Of a stretch of DNA of 64,000 bases, positions 8,533 through 17,282 are shown piece after piece. Origin of the DNA: an uncultured Candidatus Rokubacteria bacterium. GTDB taxonomy: Bacteria > Methylomirabilota > Methylomirabilia > Rokubacteriales > DASRDR01. A program made the position numbers and the translations under genes. Numbering within the stretch: position 1 is the first letter of the stretch; each line of letters begins with the position of its first letter. Location: positions 1,088,001 through 1,152,000 of the forward strand of contig CAWGVS010000005.1 in the NCBI GenBank assembly GCA_963826115.1. Reading direction: 5' to 3'. The notes under the pieces are model-generated. The model was not told the origin of the DNA. It saw nothing but the letters and a program-made list of their open reading frames with translations, and did not search any database.

Positions 8533-10659
8533 TCAGGACGCGACCGACTCCCTGGACTCCGCCGGCTGCGGCGTCGGCACGAGCGCGGCGTCGACCGCCT
8601 TCTCGAAGGCGTCCCGGAGGCGCTCCAGCCGCCGCGTGAAGGTGAGGCCGATCCTCGCGAACGCCTCGAACACGGCCTCGCGTCCCCCGTCGATCGACAG
8701 GTGGACGACCCGCGGCAGCTTGTCGAGGTCCATCTGGACGCGCTCCTGGAGCTGCTGGAACACCTGCTGCACCTCTTCCTTGCCCTTCCGAACCGAGCCG
8801 AAGATCGGCAGGACGAAGAGGTCCGCGCGCCCGCGCAGCCGCGACAGCGCCGCGGTGGCCACGGGGATCACCTCGACGCCGAGCTCGTCCAGGTAACGCC
8901 GGAGGCACTCCCCCACCCGCTCGGTGAGGAACGCCTCGGGCACCGCCACCGCGCGCCGGAGCCCAGGCCGGAACAGGGCCGCCCACGGGGTCCGCCACGC
9001 GCCGCCGGCGTTGACCTCGCGGCGAAGGCTCTCGAGGTAGGCCGGGCCGAACTCGCCCTCCCACCAGCGCTCGAGGGACGTGTCCGCGAACGGCGACTGG
9101 GCGGCCACCGTCTCCGGATCGCCGTGGACCTCCTTCACGTACTCGTGGAAGTGCTTGTGGGCGATCATGTACGAGATCGAGTCCACCAGCCGCTCGGGGG
9201 ACCACTTCCCGCCCATCGACTCCCTGAGCGTCCGGATGAACGCCCGCCGCCTGACACCGTCCGTCGTCAGGATGAAGTGCCGGATCACCTTCAAGGCGAT
9301 CCGGGCCAGCTGCCAGTCGAATCGTCCAGCCGCCCGCTGCTCCCGCTCGGGACGCTCCTGGAAGGGTCGGAGCGCCTGCATCACCCGCGCGCTGTAGTTG
9401 TCGTACCGGTAGAGCGACCGGATGAGCCAGTTGTAGCCCCGCTGGACCTCTTCCACCGTCATGAGCTTCGGCGTGAAGTTCAGGTCGGCGGCGCCGTGAC
9501 CGAGGACCGTGGCCGAGTCGTACGGCAGGAGCCGCCCCTCCTTCTGGAGCCGCGCGTGCAGCGGCGTCTTCTCGATCGCCGTCAGGACGCCGCAGGTCGT
9601 GAAGGGGATCCCGGCCTCCATCAGGAAGTCGAACTGCTCCTCGAAGATCCGGTGGTCGTCGTGGTCGAATCCGACGATCATGCCGGCCACGATCATGAGG
9701 TTGTGGGACTGGATCAGCCGGACGCTGTCCAGCAGCGGCCGGTGGGCGTTCTGGCGCTTCTTCGACTCCATGAGGCTGTCGATGCGCGGCGACTCGATTC
9801 CCACGAAGATGCTGGTGAAGTTCGCCTCGCGCAGGAGCTCGAGCAGCCTCGGCCGCTCCGCGACCGTGATGGTCATCTCGGCGGAGAACTGGATGGGGTA
9901 GTTGTTTTTCCGGCCGAACTCCCCGAGCGCCTCCAGGAGCTGCTCCGCGAACTTCTGGTTCCCGATGAGGTTGGCGTCGGAGAAGCTGATGTACTTCCCA
10001 CCCAGGGCGGCGATCGTCTCGATCTCCTTGAGGACCTGGGGAATCGACTTGAGCCTCGGGACCCGGCCGTCGGTGACGATGATGTCGCAGAACTCGCACG
10101 CGAACGGGCAGCCCCGCGTCGTCTGGATGAAGTGGTAGAGGTAGTCGTCCTTCTTGATGAGGTCGAAGCGTGGGATCGGCGACTTCTGCATGTCGATGTT
10201 GCCGACCTGCTTGTACACGGGCTTGGGAGTGCTGCCCTTGAGGAGGTCCGCGCAGTACTCGGGCCAGGTGTACTCGGTCTCGCCGTCGAAGACCACGTCG
10301 AACGTGCCGTCGACGAACCGCTCCGGGCAGAGGGTCGGGTACGGCCCGCCGACGACGACCGTCTTCCCCCGGCGCCGGAACTCCTGGGCCAGCTCGCGGG
10401 CCCGGATGTACTGCGGGCTCCAGCACCCGATCGCGACGATGTCGGCGTCCGTGTCGAAGTTGACCGGCTCGACGTTCTCGTCCTGGAGCTCGACCGGGAT
10501 CTCGCGCGGCGTCAGGCCGGCCACCGTGGCGAGCCCGAGCGGCGCCTGTCCGCACTTGACGCCGACGATGTCGTGAATCCCCTGGAATCCCCACAGCGAG
10601 CGTGGGAACTGCGGGTTCACGAACAGGATCTTCGGAATCTTTCGGGCCGAGGCGATCAT
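8533..10659 (-). CDS. B12-binding radical SAM protein (DUF4070-like) with extra C-terminal domain
   Basis: PLGLATVAGLTP, VVGGPYPT, RGCPFACEFC, GMIVGFDHD; SD GGAGG before ATG 10659. Confidence 0.9.
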   Translation of the reverse strand: MIASARKIPKILFVNPQFPRSLWGFQGIHDIVGVKCGQAPLGLATVAGLTPREIPVELQDENVEPVNFDTDADIVAIGCWSPQYIRARELAQEFRRRGKTVVVGGPYPTLCPERFVDGTFDVVFDGETEYTWPEYCADLLKGSTPKPVYKQVGNIDMQKSPIPRFDLIKKDDYLYHFIQTTRGCPFACEFCDIIVTDGRVPRLKSIPQVLKEIETIAALGGKYISFSDANLIGNQKFAEQLLEALGEFGRKNNYPIQFSAEMTITVAERPRLLELLREANFTSIFVGIESPRIDSLMESKKRQNAHRPLLDSVRLIQSHNLMIVAGMIVGFDHDDHRIFEEQFDFLMEAGIPFTTCGVLTAIEKTPLHARLQKEGRLLPYDSATVLGHGAADLNFTPKLMTVEEVQRGYNWLIRSLYRYDNYSARVMQALRPFQERPEREQRAAGRFDWQLARIALKVIRHFILTTDGVRRRAFIRTLRESMGGKWSPERLVDSISYMIAHKHFHEYVKEVHGDPETVAAQSPFADTSLERWWEGEFGPAYLESLRREVNAGGAWRTPWAALFRPGLRRAVAVPEAFLTERVGECLRRYLDELGVEVIPVATAALSRLRGRADLFVLPIFGSVRKGKEEVQQVFQQLQERVQMDLDKLPRVVHLSIDGGREAVFEAFARIGLTFTRRLERLRDAFEKAVDAALVPTPQPAESRESVAS

Positions 10660-10718
10660 CCGGACCTCCGTGGGCAACTCGCAGAGGACGAAGTAGAAAG
10701 GCGTCCGATAGTCGCAAC

Positions 10719-10748
10719 ACGGTAGCACTCGGGCTCGCGGACTGTCAA
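10719..10748 (-). promoter_or_regulatory. Sigma70-type promoter TTGACA-N18-TACCGT for the radical SAM gene
   Basis: Consensus -35; TG before -10. Confidence 0.6.
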
Positions 10749-10855
10749 CGACGCCGGGCCCCCGGAACGGCTCCCGCGCCCCCCGCCGGGACTACCAGAC
10801 CCCCAACCCGTAGGGGGCACTCTGAGCCTCCTCCGCTGCCCGTTGCATTTTCGGC

Positions 10856-10884
10856 TTGACAGCCTGTCGCCCCTCCCCTAGCAT
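10856..10884 (+). promoter_or_regulatory. Sigma70-type promoter TTGACA-N17-TAGCAT
   Basis: Perfect -35, 17-nt spacer, TAnnAT -10. Confidence 0.75.
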
Positions 10885-10946
10885 CCGGCCAGACACGTGA
10901 GCGCGCGCGCGACCGCGCGGGCCGCGAGGGGAGGAGGTGACGGTCG

Positions 10947-10982
10947 ATGGCGAAGAAGAAGGCGACGAAGAAGAAGAAGTAA
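10947..10982 (+). CDS. Lysine-rich micropeptide MAKKKATKKKK (11 aa)
   Basis: ATG GCG AAG AAG AAG GCG ACG AAG AAG AAG AAG TAA, preceded by GGAGGAGGTG; has its own promoter and downstream hairpin. Confidence 0.7.
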   Translation: MAKKKATKKKK

Positions 10983-11002
10983 GCGCGGCAACCACTCCAC
11001 CT

Positions 11003-11043
11003 CGGAGGCCCCGCAGCCACACTGGCGGGGCCTCCGCGCGTTT
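11003..11043 (+). terminator. 12-bp GC hairpin after the micropeptide (probable terminator, weak U tail)
   Basis: cggaggccccgc (11003-11014) pairs with gcggggcctccg (11025-11036), followed by cgcgttt. Confidence 0.6.
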
Positions 11044-11095
11044 CGGGCGGCGGCCGGCCCGCCGGGCCCGGAGGAGCCTCTGGTAGGGTAACCCC

Positions 11096-12043
11096 GTGCC
11101 TTCCCCCGAACGCGAGCTTCGCGAGCACGAGGCCTACGGCCTCCTCTTTCTCACGAGCCTCATCTGGGCCGGCAACTTCATCGCCGGCAAGATCGCGTTG
11201 GAGGTGGTCGGCCCCATCACGCTGACCGCCCTCCGGACCGTCCTCGCCACCGGCGTCCTTCTCTGGTACGTGCGGTTCAGCTACCAGACCTGGCCGAGCG
11301 TCGCCTCGGGGGACCTCCGGATCTTCCTCACCCTCGCCCTCACCGGCCTCGTGACCAACACCACCCTCTGGTACTACGGCCTCCACCGGACGCTGGCCAT
11401 CAATGCCGCCATCCTCGGGGCCATGGGCCCGGTGTTCGTCGCCCTGCTCTCCGCCACGTGGCTCCGCGAGCGGCTCTCGCGCCTCAACGTCCTGGGCATC
11501 CTCGTCTCGTCGGCGGGCGTCGTTCTGACCGTGACCCGCGGCTCCCTCCGGGCCCTCCTGGACCTCGATCTCCACACCGGCGACTTCTTCGTCCTGGCGG
11601 GCCAGAGCATCTGGGCGGTCTACTCCGTCTACGCCCGCCAGGTGTCTCGCCGATATCCCCCGACCGTGATCACCACGGGAACGTACATCGTCTCGGCCGC
11701 CTTCCTGGTGCCGCTCTCGCTGTTCGAGCGCCCCTGGACCCAGCTGCCTCACCTGACGGTCGGGGCGACCCTGGCCATTCTCTACGCGGCCACCCTGGTG
11801 ACCGTCTCCCACATCTGGTTCTACTGGGGGATCCGCGTCGTCTCCGCCGCCGTGGCGTCCCTCACGGTGAACCTGATCCCCTTCCAGGTGCTCGCGGTGT
11901 CGTGGCTGCTCCTCGGCGAGCCCGTGACCTGGGCCCACGTGGTCGGCGCGCTGGTGGTGATCGCGGGCGTCCTGCTCGCCACCCGCAAGAGCGCGCCCGC
12001 TCCCGTGGCGCCCGAGACGTCCGGGACGGCGGAGCGCGCCTAG
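11096..12043 (+). CDS. DMT/EamA family transporter
   Basis: LIWAGNFIAGK, ~10 TM segments, two EamA repeats, LLLGEPVTW. Confidence 0.92.
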   Translation: MPSPERELREHEAYGLLFLTSLIWAGNFIAGKIALEVVGPITLTALRTVLATGVLLWYVRFSYQTWPSVASGDLRIFLTLALTGLVTNTTLWYYGLHRTLAINAAILGAMGPVFVALLSATWLRERLSRLNVLGILVSSAGVVLTVTRGSLRALLDLDLHTGDFFVLAGQSIWAVYSVYARQVSRRYPPTVITTGTYIVSAAFLVPLSLFERPWTQLPHLTVGATLAILYAATLVTVSHIWFYWGIRVVSAAVASLTVNLIPFQVLAVSWLLLGEPVTWAHVVGALVVIAGVLLATRKSAPAPVAPETSGTAERA

Positions 12044-13800
12044 GTGCGACGCCCCGGCCGCGAGACGCCCGCCGGCCGAACGAGGGCCGCGATCGCTCGA
12101 GAGAGCGGCGCGAGACCGAGGAGCCGCCGCACGTAGGGCCCCTCGCCCCGGCCCCCCTTCGCCCGGATCATCCCGGCCACGCGCGCCCGGGTCGCGGGCG
12201 ACCACCCCTCGAGCCCCGGTACCAGCGCGATCGCGAGCGCCCACTGGCGGAAGGCCCGGCGCTCGGCCCCGGTCCACCCCGCGAGCCGGCCCACCCCGAG
12301 GGCCCGACTCGCGCGCCGGACCGCGCGGCGCGTGGCCGCCTGCCGGTCGCCCCCGTGCCGCCGCGCCACCTCGCGGGTGACCAGCGCGGCCAGATCGCGC
12401 GCGCGAACCCGGCGCTCCGGCTCCGCGCTGCCCCCGGGCAGCGTGAGGCACGCCTCGTCCCGCGCCAGTCGACGGAGCACGGAGAGGGGCGAGCGGTACC
12501 GCCGGTCGCGAGCGATCTTCGCCCGCTCGGCCTCCAGCACGCGGCGCACCGCCTCGCTCCGCGGATGGAATCCGAGGTGCTCGTAGAAGTAGAACGCGCC
12601 CGACCGCAGCGCCTCCGGGTTGTCCGTCCCCAGCTGGTAGGGGTCCACCACGACGGTCCGCATGCGGAAGACCTGGTGGTACGTGCGCAGGACCTGGCCG
12701 AGGATCCAGGCCGACTCCCCCTGCCGGAACGACTCGAAGATGTTGAACCCGAACTCCAGCGTCTCGAACAGGCACCAGCCGCCGCCGTAGCCCACCGGGA
12801 CGCCGTTCTTGATCGCGAGGAACGCGTAGTAGCCCTCGAACGGCAGCCGGAATTCCGGCTGGAGCCCGATGAGCACGCCCCGGAGGCCCCGGCCCATCTC
12901 CGCCACCAGCACGTCCTCCGGGTTGGGATAGGAGAAGGCGTGCAGCTCCCGGGAGCGCGTGGCCATCGCGACGCGGGCCGTCTCGATGAGCTCCGCGGCG
13001 AGTCTCGGCGGCGCGCGGCGGAGCGACGGCAAGGGGCGCGTCGCCTCCCGCCGGAGGTCGATGCCGGCGCGCCGGAGCGCCGCCCCCTGCAAGAACACGC
13101 GGGCCGGGGCGTGCTTTGCGCCCGTCCGCGCGACGCGGGAATCCAGGCGGAAACGGACCGGGAGCGCGAGGCTCTCGTAGAGCCAGTCCCGGAAGCCTGC
13201 GTCGAGTGGTCCGCGGTCGAACGCCTCGACCAGCACCTGGAGGTCCGTGAGGCGCCGCCCGGCTCGCGCGACGTCGAGCCACTGGCGCACGGTGAACCCG
13301 CCTTCGCTGAAGGCGTCGCTCTCGGACGGCGTCACCAGGAGATCGAGCGCGTCGGCGAGCTTCTCCGGCTCGGCCACCGACGGCCAGCCGATGTCCGCGC
13401 GCCCGCCGAGACGGTCCGCCAGCCACCGGCTGAGCGGAAGTCCGTACGGATACTCCGCCGTCGTGCCCGCAACGCCGGTGTCGTGGAGCCGCGCCAGAGA
13501 CCGCGCGGGGAGAGTCCGGACGCGCTCCGGGAAGCGTCGCAGGAGGTCGTCGACCCGGCCGAGGATCTCCCGGTCGTCCGGGTAGGCCTGAAGAAAGCAG
13601 AGCGATTCGTGGAGGCGGAGGAGCGACGCGGGCTCGGGAACGGGCGCCGTCCGGAGCGCCGCCAGGAGCCGTCGCTTCTCGGCGCGGGCCTCGGGCGTGA
13701 ACCGCGGGGTGAGGGCGGCCAGCGCGGCCACCAGCCCAGCCCCGTCCGGAGACGATCCCACGGGGCGACGCGCCCGCCGAGGGTTGCCCGCGCGCGCCAT
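12040..13800 (-). CDS. Hypothetical ~585-aa protein with probable GNAT-like C-terminal domain
   Basis: Long ORF with genome-typical codons downstream of nrdR; FNIFESFRQGESA and AFYFYEHLGF resemble GNAT motifs A and B. Confidence 0.7.
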   Translation of the reverse strand: MARAGNPRRARRPVGSSPDGAGLVAALAALTPRFTPEARAEKRRLLAALRTAPVPEPASLLRLHESLCFLQAYPDDREILGRVDDLLRRFPERVRTLPARSLARLHDTGVAGTTAEYPYGLPLSRWLADRLGGRADIGWPSVAEPEKLADALDLLVTPSESDAFSEGGFTVRQWLDVARAGRRLTDLQVLVEAFDRGPLDAGFRDWLYESLALPVRFRLDSRVARTGAKHAPARVFLQGAALRRAGIDLRREATRPLPSLRRAPPRLAAELIETARVAMATRSRELHAFSYPNPEDVLVAEMGRGLRGVLIGLQPEFRLPFEGYYAFLAIKNGVPVGYGGGWCLFETLEFGFNIFESFRQGESAWILGQVLRTYHQVFRMRTVVVDPYQLGTDNPEALRSGAFYFYEHLGFHPRSEAVRRVLEAERAKIARDRRYRSPLSVLRRLARDEACLTLPGGSAEPERRVRARDLAALVTREVARRHGGDRQAATRRAVRRASRALGVGRLAGWTGAERRAFRQWALAIALVPGLEGWSPATRARVAGMIRAKGGRGEGPYVRRLLGLAPLSRAIAALVRPAGVSRPGRRT

Positions 13801-13831
13801 CACCCGGGTCGGCGGATCCCGGCGCCCTGTC

Positions 13832-14329
13832 CTACAGGCGCGCCTTCCGCCGCTTGGCCTTCTCCGGCTCCTTCGGCTCCTTCTTGATGAGGCCCTTCAC
13901 CTCGTCCATGAACTGGGTCACGTCGTTGAACTGCCGGTAGACGGAGGCGAAGCGGACGTAGGCCACCTGGTCCAGCTGCTGGAGGCGCGCCATCACGAGC
14001 TCCCCCAGCTCTCGGCTCGAGACTTCCTTCTCGGCTCGCTCGTGGAGCTTCGCCTCGATGTCGCTCACGACGTCGTCAACGGCCTGGACGCCGACCGATC
14101 GTTTCTCGCAGGCCTTCAGGACCGAGTTCCGGAGCTTGGCGCGGTCGAAGGGCTCCCGCCGGCCGTCACGCTTGACGACCATCGGGAGGATGTCCTCGAT
14201 GTACTCGTAGGTCGTGTAGCGGCGGTTGCACTTCAAGCACTCGCGGCGGCGCCGGATGAACTCCCCGTCGCGGCCGACGCGGGAGTCGACGACCCGGTCC
14301 TCCGTGTGCCCGCAGAACGGACACTTCAC
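13832..14329 (-). CDS. nrdR: Transcriptional repressor NrdR
   Basis: [37 protein letters not shown] cone, [10 protein letters not shown]; GTG overlaps the glyA stop. Confidence 0.97.
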   Translation of the reverse strand: MKCPFCGHTEDRVVDSRVGRDGEFIRRRRECLKCNRRYTTYEYIEDILPMVVKRDGRREPFDRAKLRNSVLKACEKRSVGVQAVDDVVSDIEAKLHERAEKEVSSRELGELVMARLQQLDQVAYVRFASVYRQFNDVTQFMDEVKGLIKKEPKEPEKAKRRKARL

Positions 14330-15579
14330 CCGAGGCGCTCCGGGTAGAGCGGGAACCGGCCCGCGAGCGAGGCGACGTCGGCCCGCACGGAGGCCTCCGC
14401 CTTCTGGTCGCCCTTCGCGCGCAGGACGCGGTCGATGAAGCCCGCGATGGCCTCCATCTCGGGCTCCTTCATCCCCCGGGTGGTGACCGCGGGCGTGCCG
14501 ACCCGGATGCCGCTCGTCACCATGGGGCTCCGCGTCTCGAACGGGATCGTGTTCTTGTTCACGGTGATCCAGGACCGGTCGAGCGCCTCCTGGGCCTCCT
14601 TGCCGGTGAGCCCGGTCGCCGTGAGGTCGACCAGCATCAGGTGAGTGTCGGTGCCCCCGGTCACGAGGCGGTGCCCGTGCTGCATCAGCGCGGCGGCGAG
14701 CGCCTGGGCGTTCGTCACGATCTGGCGCTGGTACGCGCGCCAGTCGGGCGTCAGGGCCTCCCGGAAGCCGACGGCCTTGGCCGCGATCACGTGCATCAGC
14801 GGGCCGCCCTGCATGCCGGGCATGACGACCTTGTCGAGGGCTGGGCCGTGCGCGGCGCGGCACATGACCATCCCGCCCCGCGGCCCGCGGAGCGTCTTGT
14901 GCGTGGTCGAGGTCACGAAGTCGGCGTACGGGACGGGCGTCGGGTGGAGCCCTGCCGCGACCAGGCCGGCGGGGTGGGCGATGTCGGCCATCAGGAGGCA
15001 GCCGACCTCGTCGGCGATCTCCCGGAAGGGCTTGAAGTCGATCGCCCTGGGGAACGCCGAGCCACCCGTCACCAGCAGCTTCGGGCGATGCTCACGGCAG
15101 AGGGCCCGCACCTGGTCGATGTCGATCCGCTCGTCCTCGCGCCGGACCCCGTACGGGACGATCCGGTAGAGCTTGCCCGAGAAGTTGATCGGGTTGCCCA
15201 TGGTGAGGTGGCCGCCGTGGGAGAGGTTCGGCGCGACGATGGTGTCGCCCGGCGTCAGCACGGTGAAGTAGGCGGCCATGTTGGCCTGGGATCCGGAGTG
15301 CGGCTGGACGTTCACGTGCTCGGCGCCGAAGAGCTCCTTGGCGCGCTGGATCGCCAGCTCCTCCACCGTGTCGACGTTCTCGCAGCCGCCGTAGTACCGG
15401 CGGCCCGGGTACCCCTCCGCGTACTTGTTGGTCATGACGGAGCCGACGGCCTCGAGCACCGCCTCGGAGACGAAGTTCTCCGACGCGATCAGCTCGAGGT
15501 TCCGGGACTGCCGCTCCGTCTCGAGCCGGATGGCCTTCGCCACCTCGGGATCCGTCTGTTCGAGCCACCGCATGGGCAT
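14326..15579 (-). CDS. glyA: Serine hydroxymethyltransferase
   Basis: [36 protein letters not shown]; SD AGGAG before ATG 15579. Confidence 0.98.
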   Translation of the reverse strand: MPMRWLEQTDPEVAKAIRLETERQSRNLELIASENFVSEAVLEAVGSVMTNKYAEGYPGRRYYGGCENVDTVEELAIQRAKELFGAEHVNVQPHSGSQANMAAYFTVLTPGDTIVAPNLSHGGHLTMGNPINFSGKLYRIVPYGVRREDERIDIDQVRALCREHRPKLLVTGGSAFPRAIDFKPFREIADEVGCLLMADIAHPAGLVAAGLHPTPVPYADFVTSTTHKTLRGPRGGMVMCRAAHGPALDKVVMPGMQGGPLMHVIAAKAVGFREALTPDWRAYQRQIVTNAQALAAALMQHGHRLVTGGTDTHLMLVDLTATGLTGKEAQEALDRSWITVNKNTIPFETRSPMVTSGIRVGTPAVTTRGMKEPEMEAIAGFIDRVLRAKGDQKAEASVRADVASLAGRFPLYPERLG

Positions 15580-15676
15580 TCGTCTCCTGTCGCCGGGGTC
15601 AGATCGCCCACAACCGTACTGGGCCCCCCTAGGGAGTGTCAAGGCGCGCCGCGATCGCGCCGCTATAATGGGCGCC

Positions 15677-15985
15677 GTGGCCCGCCTGGTCCGCGTCGCG
15701 ACGGTTGGGGAGATCCCGGTCGGCCGGGGCAAGTCCGTCGAAGTCGACGGCGTTCCCCTCGCCGTCTTCAACGACGGCGGCGAGTACCGGGTGCTGGAGG
15801 GCTCGTGCCCGCACGAGGGCGGTCCCCTCGGGCACGGCGCCCTCCTCGGAAACAGCATCGTGTGCCCGTGGCACGGCTTCGACTTCGACGTCCGCACCGG
15901 CGCCTGCGACGTCGCGCCCGACCTTTCCGTGACGGTGTACCCGGTGCACGTCACGGGCACCGACGTCCTCGTCGAGCTGCCCTGA
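15677..15985 (+). CDS. Rieske [2Fe-2S] ferredoxin
   Basis: CPHEGGPL and CPWHGFDFD; TATAAT 7 nt before GTG. Confidence 0.92.
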   Translation: MARLVRVATVGEIPVGRGKSVEVDGVPLAVFNDGGEYRVLEGSCPHEGGPLGHGALLGNSIVCPWHGFDFDVRTGACDVAPDLSVTVYPVHVTGTDVLVELP

Positions 15986-15992
15986 CCCGCCC

Positions 15993-17243
15993 GTGCGCCG
16001 CCGCCTCCTGCCGATCGGGATCGGGCTGGCAGTCGCCGCCGCCGTCGCGTACGGCACCTGGGCGTGGGTCGCCTCGCGGCACCGCGTCTCCACCGAGGAC
16101 GCGTACGTCGAGGGCGCGGTGGTGGCGATCAGCGCCCGCGTCCCCGGCCCCGTCGCCCGCGTTCACGTGCGGGACAACGAGCGTGTCCAGGTCGGCCAGC
16201 TCCTGATCGAGATCGACCCGCGCGATTTCGAGATCCGCGTCGCGCAGGCGCGCGCGACCCTCGCCATGGCGGTCGCCGATGCGCGCGGCGCGCACTCCGA
16301 GGTGCCGCTCGCCCGCGAGAGCACGCAGAGCCGGGTCCAGCAGGCGCGCGCGACCCTGGCCGCGTCGCGGGTCGCGGTGGACGTGAGCCGCGCGGAGGCG
16401 GACGAGGCACGGGCGCGCGCCCAGAGTCGCCGCGCCGCCGTGGCCGCCGCGCACGCGGAGGTCGGCCTCGCCGAGTCGACCGCGGACCGCACGCAGCTCG
16501 ACCTCGACCGCGCCAGCCGGCTGGTGTCCGGCGGGCTCATCGCGCAGCAGGAGCACGATGCCGCCCGCGCCGCGCACCGCGCCGCCGTGGCGACTCTGGA
16601 GGCCGCCCACCGGAGGCTCGCCCAGGCGGAGCGCGACGCGGAGGCCGCGGAGGTCGAGACCCACCGTCGCACCCTCTCCGTCCAGCAGGCCGAGCGGCGG
16701 GTCGAGGAGGCGGAGGCCCAGGTGGCGGACGCCCAGTCCCAGCAGACCCAGGTGCCCGTCAAGGAAGCCGCGGCCGGCCGCGCGGGCGCCAGCGTGGAGC
16801 AGGCGCAGGCCGAGCTGGCGGCGGCCGAGCTCCAGCTCACGAAGACGCGGATCGTGGCGCCGGCCGCCGGGCTCGTCGCGAAGAAGACCGTGGAGTCCGG
16901 TCAGATGGTCCAGGTCGGCCAGCCGCTCCTGGCCATCGTGCCGCTCGAGGGCGTCTGGGTGGTCGCGAACCTCAAGGAGACGCAGATGGGGCGCGTTCGC
17001 GCCGGTCAGCCCGCCACCATCCGCGTGGACACGTTCCCGGACCGCGTCTTCCGCGGCCGCGTGGAGTCGATCAGCGCGGGCACCGGCGCTCGCTTCAGCC
17101 TCCTGCCGCCGGAGAACGCGTCGGGCAACTGGGTGAAGGTGGTCCAGCGGGTGCCCGTCAAGATCGTGCTCGAGGACTACCAGGCCAACCCGCACCTCCT
17201 GCGGGCCGGCATGTCCGCCGTCGTCACGATCGACGTCCGCTAG
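15993..17243 (+). CDS. emrA: EmrA/HlyD family efflux periplasmic adaptor
   Basis: STEDAYVEG, long coiled coil, [22 protein letters not shown]. Confidence 0.9.
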   Translation: MRRRLLPIGIGLAVAAAVAYGTWAWVASRHRVSTEDAYVEGAVVAISARVPGPVARVHVRDNERVQVGQLLIEIDPRDFEIRVAQARATLAMAVADARGAHSEVPLARESTQSRVQQARATLAASRVAVDVSRAEADEARARAQSRRAAVAAAHAEVGLAESTADRTQLDLDRASRLVSGGLIAQQEHDAARAAHRAAVATLEAAHRRLAQAERDAEAAEVETHRRTLSVQQAERRVEEAEAQVADAQSQQTQVPVKEAAAGRAGASVEQAQAELAAAELQLTKTRIVAPAAGLVAKKTVESGQMVQVGQPLLAIVPLEGVWVVANLKETQMGRVRAGQPATIRVDTFPDRVFRGRVESISAGTGARFSLLPPENASGNWVKVVQRVPVKIVLEDYQANPHLLRAGMSAVVTIDVR

Positions 17244-17282
17244 TGCGGACGGGCTCCGGCTTCCCGACGGGTCGCGGCGGGC

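Noticed and set aside
10760-10855. Possible riboswitch or NrdR box between the divergent promoters (CCCCAACCCGTAGGGGG)
   Set aside because: It lies upstream of both predicted promoters, matches no riboswitch I recognise, fits the NrdR box only weakly, and no nrd genes are nearby. An Rfam scan would settle it.
15580-15645. ZTP or glycine riboswitch upstream of glyA
   Set aside because: The predicted promoter (TTGACA-N18-TACGGT) leaves only about 30 nt of leader, too short for an aptamer.
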